61,755 nt of DNA from Craspedostauros australis (taxonomy: Eukaryota). Both the position numbers and the translations under genes were made by a program. This document shows positions 12,448 through 22,250 of the stretch, in pieces. The stretch spans positions 1 through 61,755 of the forward strand of contig JALAGF010003956.1 in NCBI GenBank assembly GCA_030167865.1. The letters run 5' to 3'. The first letter of the stretch is position 1. Every line of letters begins with the position of its first letter. The notes under the pieces are model-generated. The model searched no databases, was not told the origin of the DNA, and was given only the letters and a program-made list of their open reading frames with translations.

Positions 12448-13135
12448 CAGGAACATCAACAGCAGCAAGTACCTGACAACGGACAACAGTGCTCCATGAA
12501 CATATAATAGCAAACTTCAGAGGTTACATCACACTAGTAGTCAGTTTGAACCAAGATCAAGGCAGCAGCGAGATGAGATATCTGAAGAGATGGAACAAAA
12601 CGCCCAACAGTTTGAAAATGTAATTCGTTGTCTATGACTCATTGGCTGGTACGATGGCTGCACGCACGGGCCGAATCCACTCGAGTAACACGTAGCACGT
12701 AACACGTAGCACATGGATGTATAGTTTCAGACTGGATATATGTGTCGCATTGAGTAGTAGAATAGATGGTAGAAGATGACTCTCGCAGAAAAAGTTCCTG
12801 TTACTGCGTTTTGTAATTGCCACATGCTTCGTCTGGCCGTCTTGTTTGGCGCCAGTTCTCTCCACCCAAGAAATGAAGACTACCTCTCAAACCAAGAGAT
12901 GGAAGAAGTAAACCACTTCCGCACAAGTCTCGTTCAACATCGAAGTCGTTGCATGAAGCAGCAGCAAACGATTGGATCATGGAGAGTCGCAGATTAAGTA
13001 ATGTGATGAAATAGTCTATGTAGTCACATGTAAGATTAGTAGAGCAGAGCAGAGTCGAGTAGTTCAGTTGAATCCTGTTCCATTTTCATTCCATTCCTGT
13101 TGGATTTCCTCGTTCCATTTCTATCCAGGCACAGC

Positions 13136-16114
13136 TCACACGGCGAGGACGTCGTAGTATCTTCGCACGGTGATGACGGCGATGAAGAGGATGGTGAGGG
13201 ACGGGATGAACAGAAGATTGAGAAGTTGCCGCGTGTTGATCGAACCCATGAGAGAGATGAACATGTCGCCGCAGGCACGTCCGAAGGTATCGACCAACGT
13301 GGCGAGCAATCCGGAATTCAACGTGCCGGAGGCCAACGCGGTGGGGATGACCTTGCTGAGGGTGGAACCGATGACGCCCTCGAAGGATTGGATGGAGATG
13401 TAGGTGAGGAAGTAGCCGGCGACGTAGCGCTGGGGATTGACGGCCATGAGCTCCCCCCAGTTGTACCGTTCGTTGGAAGGGTGTGTGATGTCGGTAATGT
13501 CGACGAGCAAGGACGTGCCGATGAGACCGACCATGAGCATGGCGATCATGAGCTGCCGGTCCTGGTAGGAGACGCTGAGACGGCCGATGAGCATGCTGAG
13601 GGGGATGACGGTCATGCCGTTCGCGAAACCGAGCGATCCGACCTGCTGCACCTTCCAGCCGTACCGATTTTTCGTGACGGCGCTCGTGGAGCTGACCAAG
13701 GCCTCGATGACGAAGACCTTGGCGAAGAGGAGGCACAGGCAGAGACGGACGGGGAACGTGATGTACCGCAGGAAGGACTTGAACTCGGCCCACATGGAGT
13801 CCGGCTTCTTCTTCGTCATCATGTGCGGTGGCCTAGCACCTTGCAAGGCGTTGGAGTCGGCATCCTCATCCCTCTCCCACAGGCTGACGCCGCCGCTGTA
13901 CATGGTCATGAGATCATCGTGCTGCGTCTGCGTGACGGCCTTGAGGTTCTCGTCGACGACCGAGTCCGTCGTGGCCATGGTATGCAGCTTGGAGGACTGC
14001 TCCGATGACGACACGGCCGACGTGACGCCGGTCGTCGACTTGTCCTTGCCCACCGACGAGGACGAGTGCGGCACGTGATCGTTGAGCTCATCCGCCATGT
14101 CGGCCTTGGCGGCCGCCTCGAGGCGCTTCTGCTCTTCGAGACCGTACCGCGGTGGATCGCGGAAGAAGGCGGCCAGCAGCAACGTGAAGATGAACCAAAG
14201 CACGGCCATGAGGTAGCCCGGACCGGTCATTCCGTTGATGATGATGTCGGCGTCGCCACCGGGCAACGCGATGCGCGTGTTCTCGAACTGATTGAGGATG
14301 ATGGCCACGCCAGGTCCAAGCGCCGATCCCGCCGCCACCATCATGCCGAAGAGGGCGTTGACGGAGGTGCGGAAGGACAGGGTGGTGGTGTCCGCCATGT
14401 AGCGACGAACGATGCACTTGGGACCTCCGAGGCCCGTGAGGAAGCGTCCCACCAGCGCCATCTCGAAACTCTTGAAGTTGTAGGCGGCGCTGTAGATGCA
14501 GTTGCCGCTGAAGAGGAGCAGACCCGAGACGAGGAAGGGATGCGAGAAGGAGTGGTTGGTCCACAGGGAGAAGAAGAGTGCAGCGCAGAAGCTGGCCAGC
14601 GGCATCATCCCGATGAGCGTGCCGGACATGGCATCGTCGGCACCCAAGGCGTTGACGTAGATGGTGGAGCTGGGCTCGACGATGTAGTAGTTCATGCAGT
14701 AGAGGAATGCCGCCAGAAGCGCCATGCAAAGGTTGAAGGTCTGCTGCCACGTCATGGGCGGGTCCATCTCGTCGATGTCCTCCTCGTCCGCGAACTTGTC
14801 GACGGATGGCAGCCGCTGGTACTGGTTGGAGGTGGTGCTGCGACGCTCCCGCCACCCCGACAGCGCCCGCACCTCCGCCGTGAGTGACTTGCCACGGTTG
14901 AGCAGGTACGACGGTTCCAAACCGAGACGATCCTCCATGGCACCGAGCAGGAAGTAATGACGCAACGAATGCAGCAGGGAGTCCTGCACGTGCACGTGCC
15001 CGGCCGACGAGGTGGATTCTGCCAATTCTGACGGATCCAGCACGTTGGTGCGCAGCCATTCCCTCTGCTCCGAGAAGGACTGCACGAGGGCCTTGTTGGG
15101 CGCGGCGTGCTCCAGGAAGGAATCGGCCAACGCCTTCCACTCCTCGTGGTACAGCAGCTTGCGAAAGCTCGTGGCCTGCGTGCGGACGTGCTTCATGTAG
15201 TAATCGAGCATGGGCATGCCCTCGAAGGTGCGGCAGAAGGCGTCGTACCGGAACAGTATCTGACGCACGGCCACGAGATTCTGGCAGCAGAAGGCGTACA
15301 ACTCCAGCAGCTCATCCCCCAGCTGCTTGAGGACCGTCCCCATGGGCTGCGGGTTGCCGTTCGAGTAGTCCAACAGCCACGCCGACAGCCTTTGCCATTC
15401 CGACAGGTAGAACATGGTGGACTTGTCCACCTCCCACGCCAGAAAGATGACGATCTCGCGACGTTCCGCGTTGCTGACTTTGCGCATGACGGAACGGCGC
15501 TTGAGCTCCTTGAATTCGCGCGGCGTCGCCGACTTGGATCGGAAGAGCGCACCGACGCCGCGCTTGTTGACGCTGCCCGACACGCTGCCGCTGCCCGCGT
15601 TCTGCACGTTGTGCGAGCCTATCGATTCTGCGTCCTGCGACGGCGCGAAGACCACCATGGTGGGCGGCGCATCCGAGGGCGCGGCGACGAGCTCGATCTG
15701 CTTGGGCGGTCCCTTGGGATGCCCGCCGCCGCTGGCGCTCTCGTCGCCCATCGGCACGTACCCCAGCTGGAACGACGACGCGCGCTGATCCATGGCGATG
15801 ACGTCCATCTTCTGCTGCGCGAACATGGACGTCATTGTGTGGATGGCGGAGTTGGATCCGCCGACGCGCTGCGCCTTGGGCGGCTCCATCTGCGTCTCCT
15901 TCAGCATGGCGTCGAGCTCGCCCATCAGGACGCAGCCGTGCATCGACAGGCGGTGGCGCAGCTTGGCGCGGCGCTTGTTGAAGGCCAGCAGCCTGCGTTT
16001 GAAGGCGGCATAGTCGATGGTGTGAGGCGTCCAGTCGATGTTCTTGGCATCGTCCTTGCGCAGGGACCTTTCGTAGAATGGACGGAAGCCGTTGTTCGAG
16101 CGGAAGTTCACCAT
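13136..16114 (-). CDS. SPX domain + MFS transporter (SPX-MFS, vacuolar phosphate transporter-like)
   Basis: 992-aa single-exon ORF. SPX-like N-terminus (MVNF...WTPHTIDYAAFKRRL), then two clusters of MFS helices (LYCMNYYIVEP, GRFLTGLGG, RRYMADTT, NGMTGPGYLMA, SKVIP...NSGLLAT) separated by a hydrophilic loop. Confidence 0.92.
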   Translation of the reverse strand: MVNFRSNNGFRPFYERSLRKDDAKNIDWTPHTIDYAAFKRRLLAFNKRRAKLRHRLSMHGCVLMGELDAMLKETQMEPPKAQRVGGSNSAIHTMTSMFAQQKMDVIAMDQRASSFQLGYVPMGDESASGGGHPKGPPKQIELVAAPSDAPPTMVVFAPSQDAESIGSHNVQNAGSGSVSGSVNKRGVGALFRSKSATPREFKELKRRSVMRKVSNAERREIVIFLAWEVDKSTMFYLSEWQRLSAWLLDYSNGNPQPMGTVLKQLGDELLELYAFCCQNLVAVRQILFRYDAFCRTFEGMPMLDYYMKHVRTQATSFRKLLYHEEWKALADSFLEHAAPNKALVQSFSEQREWLRTNVLDPSELAESTSSAGHVHVQDSLLHSLRHYFLLGAMEDRLGLEPSYLLNRGKSLTAEVRALSGWRERRSTTSNQYQRLPSVDKFADEEDIDEMDPPMTWQQTFNLCMALLAAFLYCMNYYIVEPSSTIYVNALGADDAMSGTLIGMMPLASFCAALFFSLWTNHSFSHPFLVSGLLLFSGNCIYSAAYNFKSFEMALVGRFLTGLGGPKCIVRRYMADTTTLSFRTSVNALFGMMVAAGSALGPGVAIILNQFENTRIALPGGDADIIINGMTGPGYLMAVLWFIFTLLLAAFFRDPPRYGLEEQKRLEAAAKADMADELNDHVPHSSSSVGKDKSTTGVTSAVSSSEQSSKLHTMATTDSVVDENLKAVTQTQHDDLMTMYSGGVSLWERDEDADSNALQGARPPHMMTKKKPDSMWAEFKSFLRYITFPVRLCLCLLFAKVFVIEALVSSTSAVTKNRYGWKVQQVGSLGFANGMTVIPLSMLIGRLSVSYQDRQLMIAMLMVGLIGTSLLVDITDITHPSNERYNWGELMAVNPQRYVAGYFLTYISIQSFEGVIGSTLSKVIPTALASGTLNSGLLATLVDTFGRACGDMFISLMGSINTRQLLNLLFIPSLTILFIAVITVRRYYDVLAV

Positions 16115-16746
16115 TGTCAGACGTTGCGACGAGACCTAGTACTCCAGTAAAAGCAATAGCAATAGCAGTATCAGTAGCAGTAGCAGTAGCAGTAGCAACA
16201 ATCCACAGTGAATGCTCACAGGTGCAGGGATGTTGGATGTCAGTTGTCAGTTGTCAGCTGTTCGTTGTTGGACGCATTGGTGGTATTGTTGTGGCGGAGT
16301 GAGTTTGACATCCCCATCTCCACACAATCACTCAATCACTCAATCAACACGAACGAACGAACAGACGAATACGCGAACGAAAGAGAACAAAGTGGCGCCA
16401 TTCCTCCGAACAGCGAGCGTTCTTGCGTTTGTGTGTTTCGTTCACGCCGAACATCGGATATCACGCGAACAATATGTAAGTATGGGTTCATGAATGTTAT
16501 GTATATATTCTGTTGCGCGAACGTTAATAGCGTTACGTAGGCAATGCCATGCCAAGCCAGACACAACAAAAGCGACAGTTCGGGGGCAGTTTCGCGCCAG
16601 AATTCGTGTTGTTGGGGAGTGGTTCTTTCCATCGATCTCACACGACACAAACGCCCAAACACGGATAATAATTCTTCGCCTGCCTTGTGCCGCCGGATGA
16701 TTGTTGTTGTTGTTGTTGTAAACCAACATTATGATTACTTGAGCTA

Positions 16747-16771
16747 TCTCTCTCTCTCTCTCTCTCTCTCT
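16747..16771. repeat. (TC)n microsatellite
   Basis: About 12 TC units, immediately left of the CpG-depleted region. Confidence 0.9.
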
Positions 16772-16799
16772 TCTGCAGCCTGAGCCTCTTACTCAATCG

Positions 16800-17600
16800 T
16801 ATTCATGAATTTCGAGATCCACGCCTGTACTTTTCCCAAACCTGTGCCACTCTCTGTTAGCCTTCTCTTTCTGTATGGAGGTCAGGGTTTGGGTGGCAAT
16901 AATCCTTCTCATATGCAATTCTCTCCTCCAGTTTAAGTCTTGATCAAGACCTGGTTGAGTGACAGGACCTGCAGTCGGTCCTGGAGTGCGTTGGAAATCT
17001 GGGGTAACCCAGTCTCTAGTATAGTATCTGATTACCTATTCCTGTTGTTGCATTGTTGGAACTGTGAGCACAACATCTCCATCTCTTTCAATTCCATTTG
17101 CCACAGCACACATAATCCACAGTGGCACACAGTCTTGCCCTTGATCATGTAGTGCTTTCTTCTGCTTCATTAAGTCATGCATCATGTACTTGGTGTACAG
17201 TTTCATCTTGCATCCAGCATGAATCCATCATCATGCATGCACATCAGTGTTGCCCATCTTGTGAATCCATCATCTCGTCTTGCTTCAGACAGTTTCATTT
17301 GTGTAGCCAGTTGCGATTCACAGCCATTCCTGACTCGCTTCATTCGGTCGGATCACCATCTCCACACTCCACAAAAACAGGTCAGACGATTGCTCTCACA
17401 ATTTCTCATGTTGAGACAAACATCCAATCTCAATCAATATTTGCCAGTTTGTCATGTGGGATTTGCACAAGTACTATTTCATACTTTGTGACCCTGATCC
17501 TGTCAGAACTTTCTTTTCTTGTTTGGTGCAACATGGGGCAGTAGTCGGATGCATCGTGATGTTGGCCATGCATCATTCATCTCCGCCCCTTGCAACATTC
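16800..17600 (-). pseudogene. Decayed CpG-depleted sequence, probable pseudogene or transposon relic
   Basis: No CG dinucleotide seen in about 16991-17275. A minus-strand frame reads as protein-like but is interrupted mainly by TGA codons, as expected from CGA>TGA deamination. Family not recognised. Confidence 0.4.
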
Positions 17601-17698
17601 ACGTTTGGATCAGAAGGACTGCATCCAGTTCATGCTTGTCACGCGATGTTCTCTCCTCCACCATGCGGCTCACTTTTCGGCGTCTCACAAGCAGCCAG

Positions 17699-17793
17699 AT
17701 TGGGAGGTGCGGCAATACATAGTTTCAAAAACACTCGGTCCTTTCCGCCATTGGGAGGTGCGGTAATAGATAGTTCCAGAACACCCGATTCCT
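17699..17793. repeat. Imperfect direct repeat, two copies of about 44 bp with 51-bp period
   Basis: ATTGGGAGGTGCGGCAATACATAGTTTCAAAAACACTCGGTCCT (17699) versus ATTGGGAGGTGCGGTAATAGATAGTTCCAGAACACCCGATTCCT (17750). Confidence 0.85.
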
Positions 17794-18094
17794 GACAGGC
17801 AAACACAGACAAACGACGCGAATTAGAGGGGTGCGATCAAGAGGAGGAGGCAAACACAAAGAGAGAGAGAGAAGACCATGCGAACAAGACCACAGCACAC
17901 ATCACTCGACCACATGCTCGAGCACATCAACAACAGACATCGCATTCCCACTCATACTCATCACACAGCGCATAGCACTCATTTTATACCAATACAAGCT
18001 ATTGAAGACACCACGATCGATATCTTTGCCATAGGCAGCTCAGACCACACACTTCCTCGGCAGCCAATCCAACGCCATCGACCATCCCCTCAAA

Positions 18095-19237
18095 ATGCCG
18101 AATGTTACGAACGAACGTTTCATTGAAGCTGCCAAGGCAGGTGACTTGTCGGTGTTGAAGGAATGTGAGAGGCAGAGCAATATGCAGAATGAAGGAGTTG
18201 ATGTCAACAAGGTTGCAGACAGCGATGGTGACACTCCCCTTCATTGGGCATGCATGAGCGGCCACCTGGAGTGTGTGAAGTACCTCATCGAATCATGTGA
18301 GGCGAACATCAACTGCGAAGACAACGATGGTTCCACTCCCCTTCATGGTGCATGCCTATGCGGCCACGTGGAGTGTGTGAAGTACCTCATTGAATCATGT
18401 GAGGCAAACACCAACTGCAAAGACAACTCTGGCTCCACTCCCCTTCAATACTCATGCAACAACGGCCACCTGGAGTGTGTGAAGTACCTCATCAAATCAT
18501 GTGAGGCGAACATCAACTGCCAAAACAATCATGGCATTACCCCCCTTCATGGTGCATGCATGAATGGCCACCTGGAGTGTGTGAAGTACCTCATCGAATC
18601 ATGTGGGGCGAACGCCAACTGCCAAAACAACGATGGCTCCACTCCCCTTCATGTGGCATGCCACAACGGCCACCTGGAGTGTGTGAAGTACCTCATTGAA
18701 TCATGTGAGGCAAACGCCAACTGCAAAGACAACAATGGTAACACTCCCCTTCATGTGGCATGCATAAACGGCCACCTGGAGTGTGTGAAGTACCTCATTG
18801 AATCATGTGAGGCAAACACCAACTGCAAAGACAACTCTGGCTCCACTCCCCTTCAGTACGCATGCTACAACGGCCACCTGGAGTGTGTGAAGTACCTCAT
18901 TGAATCATGTGAGGCAAACATCAACTGCGAAGACAACAATGGTTCCACTCCCCTTCATTACGCATGCATGAACAGCAAACTGGAGTGTGTCAAGTACCTC
19001 ATCGAATCATGTGAGGCGAACACCAACTGCCAAAACAGCCTTGGCTCCGCTCCCCTTCATGGTGCATGCATAAAGGGCCACCTGGAGTGTGTGAAGTACC
19101 TCATCGAATCATGTGAGGCGAACATCAACTGCCGAAACAATCATGGCTTCACTCCCCTTCATGACGCATACCGCAACGGCAAACTGGAGTGTGTGAAGTA
19201 CCTCATCGAATCAGTCAACGCCGATACCGACATCTAA
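18095..19237 (+). CDS. Ankyrin repeat protein (N-cap plus 10 Cys-rich 34-aa repeats)
   Basis: 380-aa intronless ORF with ten copies of GxTPLHxACxxGHLECVKYLIESCEANxNCxxxx. Confidence 0.95.
   Translation: MPNVTNERFIEAAKAGDLSVLKECERQSNMQNEGVDVNKVADSDGDTPLHWACMSGHLECVKYLIESCEANINCEDNDGSTPLHGACLCGHVECVKYLIESCEANTNCKDNSGSTPLQYSCNNGHLECVKYLIKSCEANINCQNNHGITPLHGACMNGHLECVKYLIESCGANANCQNNDGSTPLHVACHNGHLECVKYLIESCEANANCKDNNGNTPLHVACINGHLECVKYLIESCEANTNCKDNSGSTPLQYACYNGHLECVKYLIESCEANINCEDNNGSTPLHYACMNSKLECVKYLIESCEANTNCQNSLGSAPLHGACIKGHLECVKYLIESCEANINCRNNHGFTPLHDAYRNGKLECVKYLIESVNADTDI
18227..19215 (+). repeat. 102-bp coding tandem repeat, about 10 copies
   Basis: Near-identical core CTGGAGTGTGTGAAGTACCTCATYGAATCATGTGAGGC recurring every 102 bp. 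Confidence 0.95.
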
Positions 19238-20519
19238 AACAACGACAACAGAACGCCCCCCGGTATGTAGTAGAGCTAAACTAGCATTCAGCTTAATGGA
19301 GAATCTCTCAAATCTCACAACTCACTTCCACTCGAATTGGTCTGAACCAAGTCTCAAATACGTCCACGTTTGGAGCAGACATGAGTCATTGAAGTAGATC
19401 TTTGGAACCTGAGATCAGAGAAAAAGAGCTCCGATGACCTGGTCATCAAAACCCCCTTCCTGCCAAAATCTCGACGCCTTTACAAGACAGAGGGATCATG
19501 GGAGCGGCACCCTGCAGGAACAGGTTCCAGCTTACCATTGCCTTGTTCCCAACTTGACAAAAAGGATCCTCCTGTGGTACTGGAGCTATGTAACCCTACG
19601 CCCACTTTTCAAAGGCAACCCACACAAGGTACCACACCAACAAGAATCATAGCACTAATCTCATTCTCCAAATGTTTCTTCACCCTTCATTTGTTGGAGT
19701 CCATCGAGTCGTTCAGTATCTGTGACTGGGGACTTGCTGAAAGATTCCATTCAACAAATGGTGTCATTGCCAACTTTGTGTCCAAAATTGCACCTCCTCC
19801 ATCATCCTATGTCATCTGTCATGTTCCTTGAAGGTTTGGATCCTCATGCATGATGCAACATCATTCAGTATCGTTGTCCCTCTTTGATCAGCAGATCAGC
19901 AAAATCAGAGTCATCAGCCATCAAATTCTGTTCACTGCTCTACTAAGATCAAGAGCTGCCATCTTGTGTTATTGCACAATACAGGCAGGGTATCATTCAC
20001 TCTCACACAGCAATCAAAAAATGACAGTCAAGTAGTCATAAACCAGCCTTTCACACTATTACAAGAGCCTAAGTAAACCCAAAGATCATCAATTGAAGCA
20101 AGTTGACTGTGTTCCCACCTTTCAGTACCAGTACCTGTCATTGTTTGCAGCCACCCATGCAATGAGCCCTTCTGATTGAATGGTTTGGGGCTGATTGCTG
20201 CATGCTCATCATGTTGGCAGAGCACCAACTTCTTTTTGCCAATCAAGCAACCAAGCACCATCATCATTTTGTGCTGCGCTCTTCTCCTTGGCGCGTCAAC
20301 GAGGGGAATGATGATGATGTCTACTTGTACGAGCATTATGGCAAGCCCTGTGATGGCATTCAACTTGCCGCGTTCATGGTCGTCACCGTCCTCCGCCTTG
20401 GAATTCATCTCGTTGATGCCATTCGTGCTAGCTTCGTCTTCACCACTCATGCTGGGGACAATGTCAACACTGACACCAACGCATTGTGGCACCAACTTCT
20501 GCCATCGACGACAACAACC

Positions 20520-22175
20520 ATGGTGGTCTCTAGTCCTGATCTGAATGAGGACTTCGGTGGCGACGACGGCATGAAAGTTGGCAATGCCAAGCAAGCAACG
20601 ATCGACCACCCACTGGTGGCGGTGATGCCAACGGATGTCAGGGAGTATAGGAATATCTTTAAAGGTGACATGTTCTGGAACACTGACAAGAGAGATGACA
20701 CGACCAAGAACCTGCTGGACTTGGAGGGAAAGGGAGTCCACGGGCGCACTCTGGGACTCGATGATCGGGGCAAGACAGGCGATTATCGAACATGCCGACG
20801 AGGACAAGCGGGCCTCACGTGACACTGTGAGAACTATGATAGAGCAGGCGTCGTGATAAATGCCTCCGAAACGGAGGGCCCTCTCTGGCGATGGCTTGCC
20901 GATCCCGACGGAGACTTCGACGATTGCACGTGTCAATAGGGAGTATGGCTATGAATGGATCAGGGACAATGACCAGAACAATGACAAGAGTGATCTCGAT
21001 CTGTTGATCGAACGGAGACTTGGAAAATTGGAGGGCGACCAGGGTGAACAGGCTCGTAACTGACAACAGGACAGCCTTCCTCATCAGCAATGTCATGTTC
21101 CGACACAAAGGAATCGAAGGTCACCAGCAGCACATCGTCACACTGGAGAACAATTATCTGGATGTATTCGCAAGGTAATCATCTACGTGTCTGATAGTGG
21201 CAGCGGCGAGACGACTAATCTCGCTGCGAGTTCTGTATTGGGAGGCAGTGTCAGCAGCATCGCGACCATGGCGAAAGGGACATCTCCGCAAAGTTGCAAG
21301 GTGAGGACAGACGAGCGCAATGCCACAACAAGCCCAAAGCCATGCTTGATGTGGCTGAGCAAGCGGTACAGCGAAGGAGAAACGACGACAAGAGCCACAG
21401 GGAAGGAGAAGTTGTCGACTGTGACTTTCACAAACGAAAGGAAAAGCGACATTCTCGATCAGTTCAACAATCTGCGTGAAGATAAGCGAGACTTCGATCC
21501 TGGGGAAGCATCAGACAACAACGAAGAAACCCTCCCCACGGAGAGATCGATCTGTTGGAAGGAATCGCCCAAATGAGACGCAACAAGAAGACCGAAGCCA
21601 ACCACTTCACTCCATCCCTTGCAACCGTTCTCAGGGGTGGCTGCAACCTGGCAGACAGAAGCATGTCCTTCGTCGGTCCCAAGTTGGGCATGAATGGCAC
21701 GTTCAAGGAGTACGCGATGTACACCATCTTCATCCAAGCCAAGGGCTACTACTACTTGGCAGACTCCTCGGCAATCGACGACCTCTTCGTCCGAGACAAC
21801 AAGGACAGGGTGTACCACGAGCTCCGGAACATTCCATTCGGGCACAAGAAGAACCGTCTGTACTGTGTGGCATGCAGAGAGAAGAAGCTGCCAACGGAAT
21901 TCACGGAAACTCGAATGACGGAAAATGAATGCAGTGATTCGGAAAGGAAAGCAAAGAGGAGATCACCATGCGTTTCTTACTCAATCGCGAACAAGGCAAG
22001 TGTCTTGTCCAACATGAGGGCGGCACTCAACGATCGTCGCAAATCACGGGTGGAGCGAATGGTGGCAGCAACTTTACAAACGCCAACTACATACATGATA
22101 CCAAACCAATCTAAACAGTCAGTCAACCAATCAACGTTAAATCGGACATGGATGTGTGTAGTTGAAAAATTATGA
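20520..22175 (+). pseudogene. Disrupted gene of unknown family with a possible degenerate P-loop and a Cys-motif remnant
   Basis: Colinear ORF fragments (20520-20822; 20635-20856, 20860-21063 and 21187-21576 in one frame; 21555-22175) are separated by in-frame TGA/TAA stops and frameshifts. KVIIYVSDSGSGETT resembles a broken Walker A; YCVACREKKLPTEF resembles a zinc-knuckle half. Confidence 0.45.
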
Positions 22176-22250
22176 TGACACCAGTCAGAGTACCCTGGAG
22201 GACGACGAGTGCTCAGACCTCTCTTCCCATTCGCTCTACTCAACGAGTAT

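Noticed and set aside
6499..16150. Long + strand ORFs antisense to myosin and SPX-MFS (e.g. 7450..8529, 13100..14008, 15107..16150)
   Set aside because: Shadow ORFs expected from GC-rich third codon positions in the real genes; no motifs.
16115..16800. Looked for GAATCT or P1BS boxes upstream of SPX-MFS
   Set aside because: None seen by eye.
17699..19215. Repeats considered as a CRISPR-like array
   Set aside because: The 102-bp units are in-frame coding ankyrin repeats; the upstream repeat has only two copies; eukaryotic context and no cas genes.
19400..20460. ORF fragments on both strands (19538..19831 +, part of 20028..20936 -)
   Set aside because: No recognisable protein; treated as part of the decayed island.
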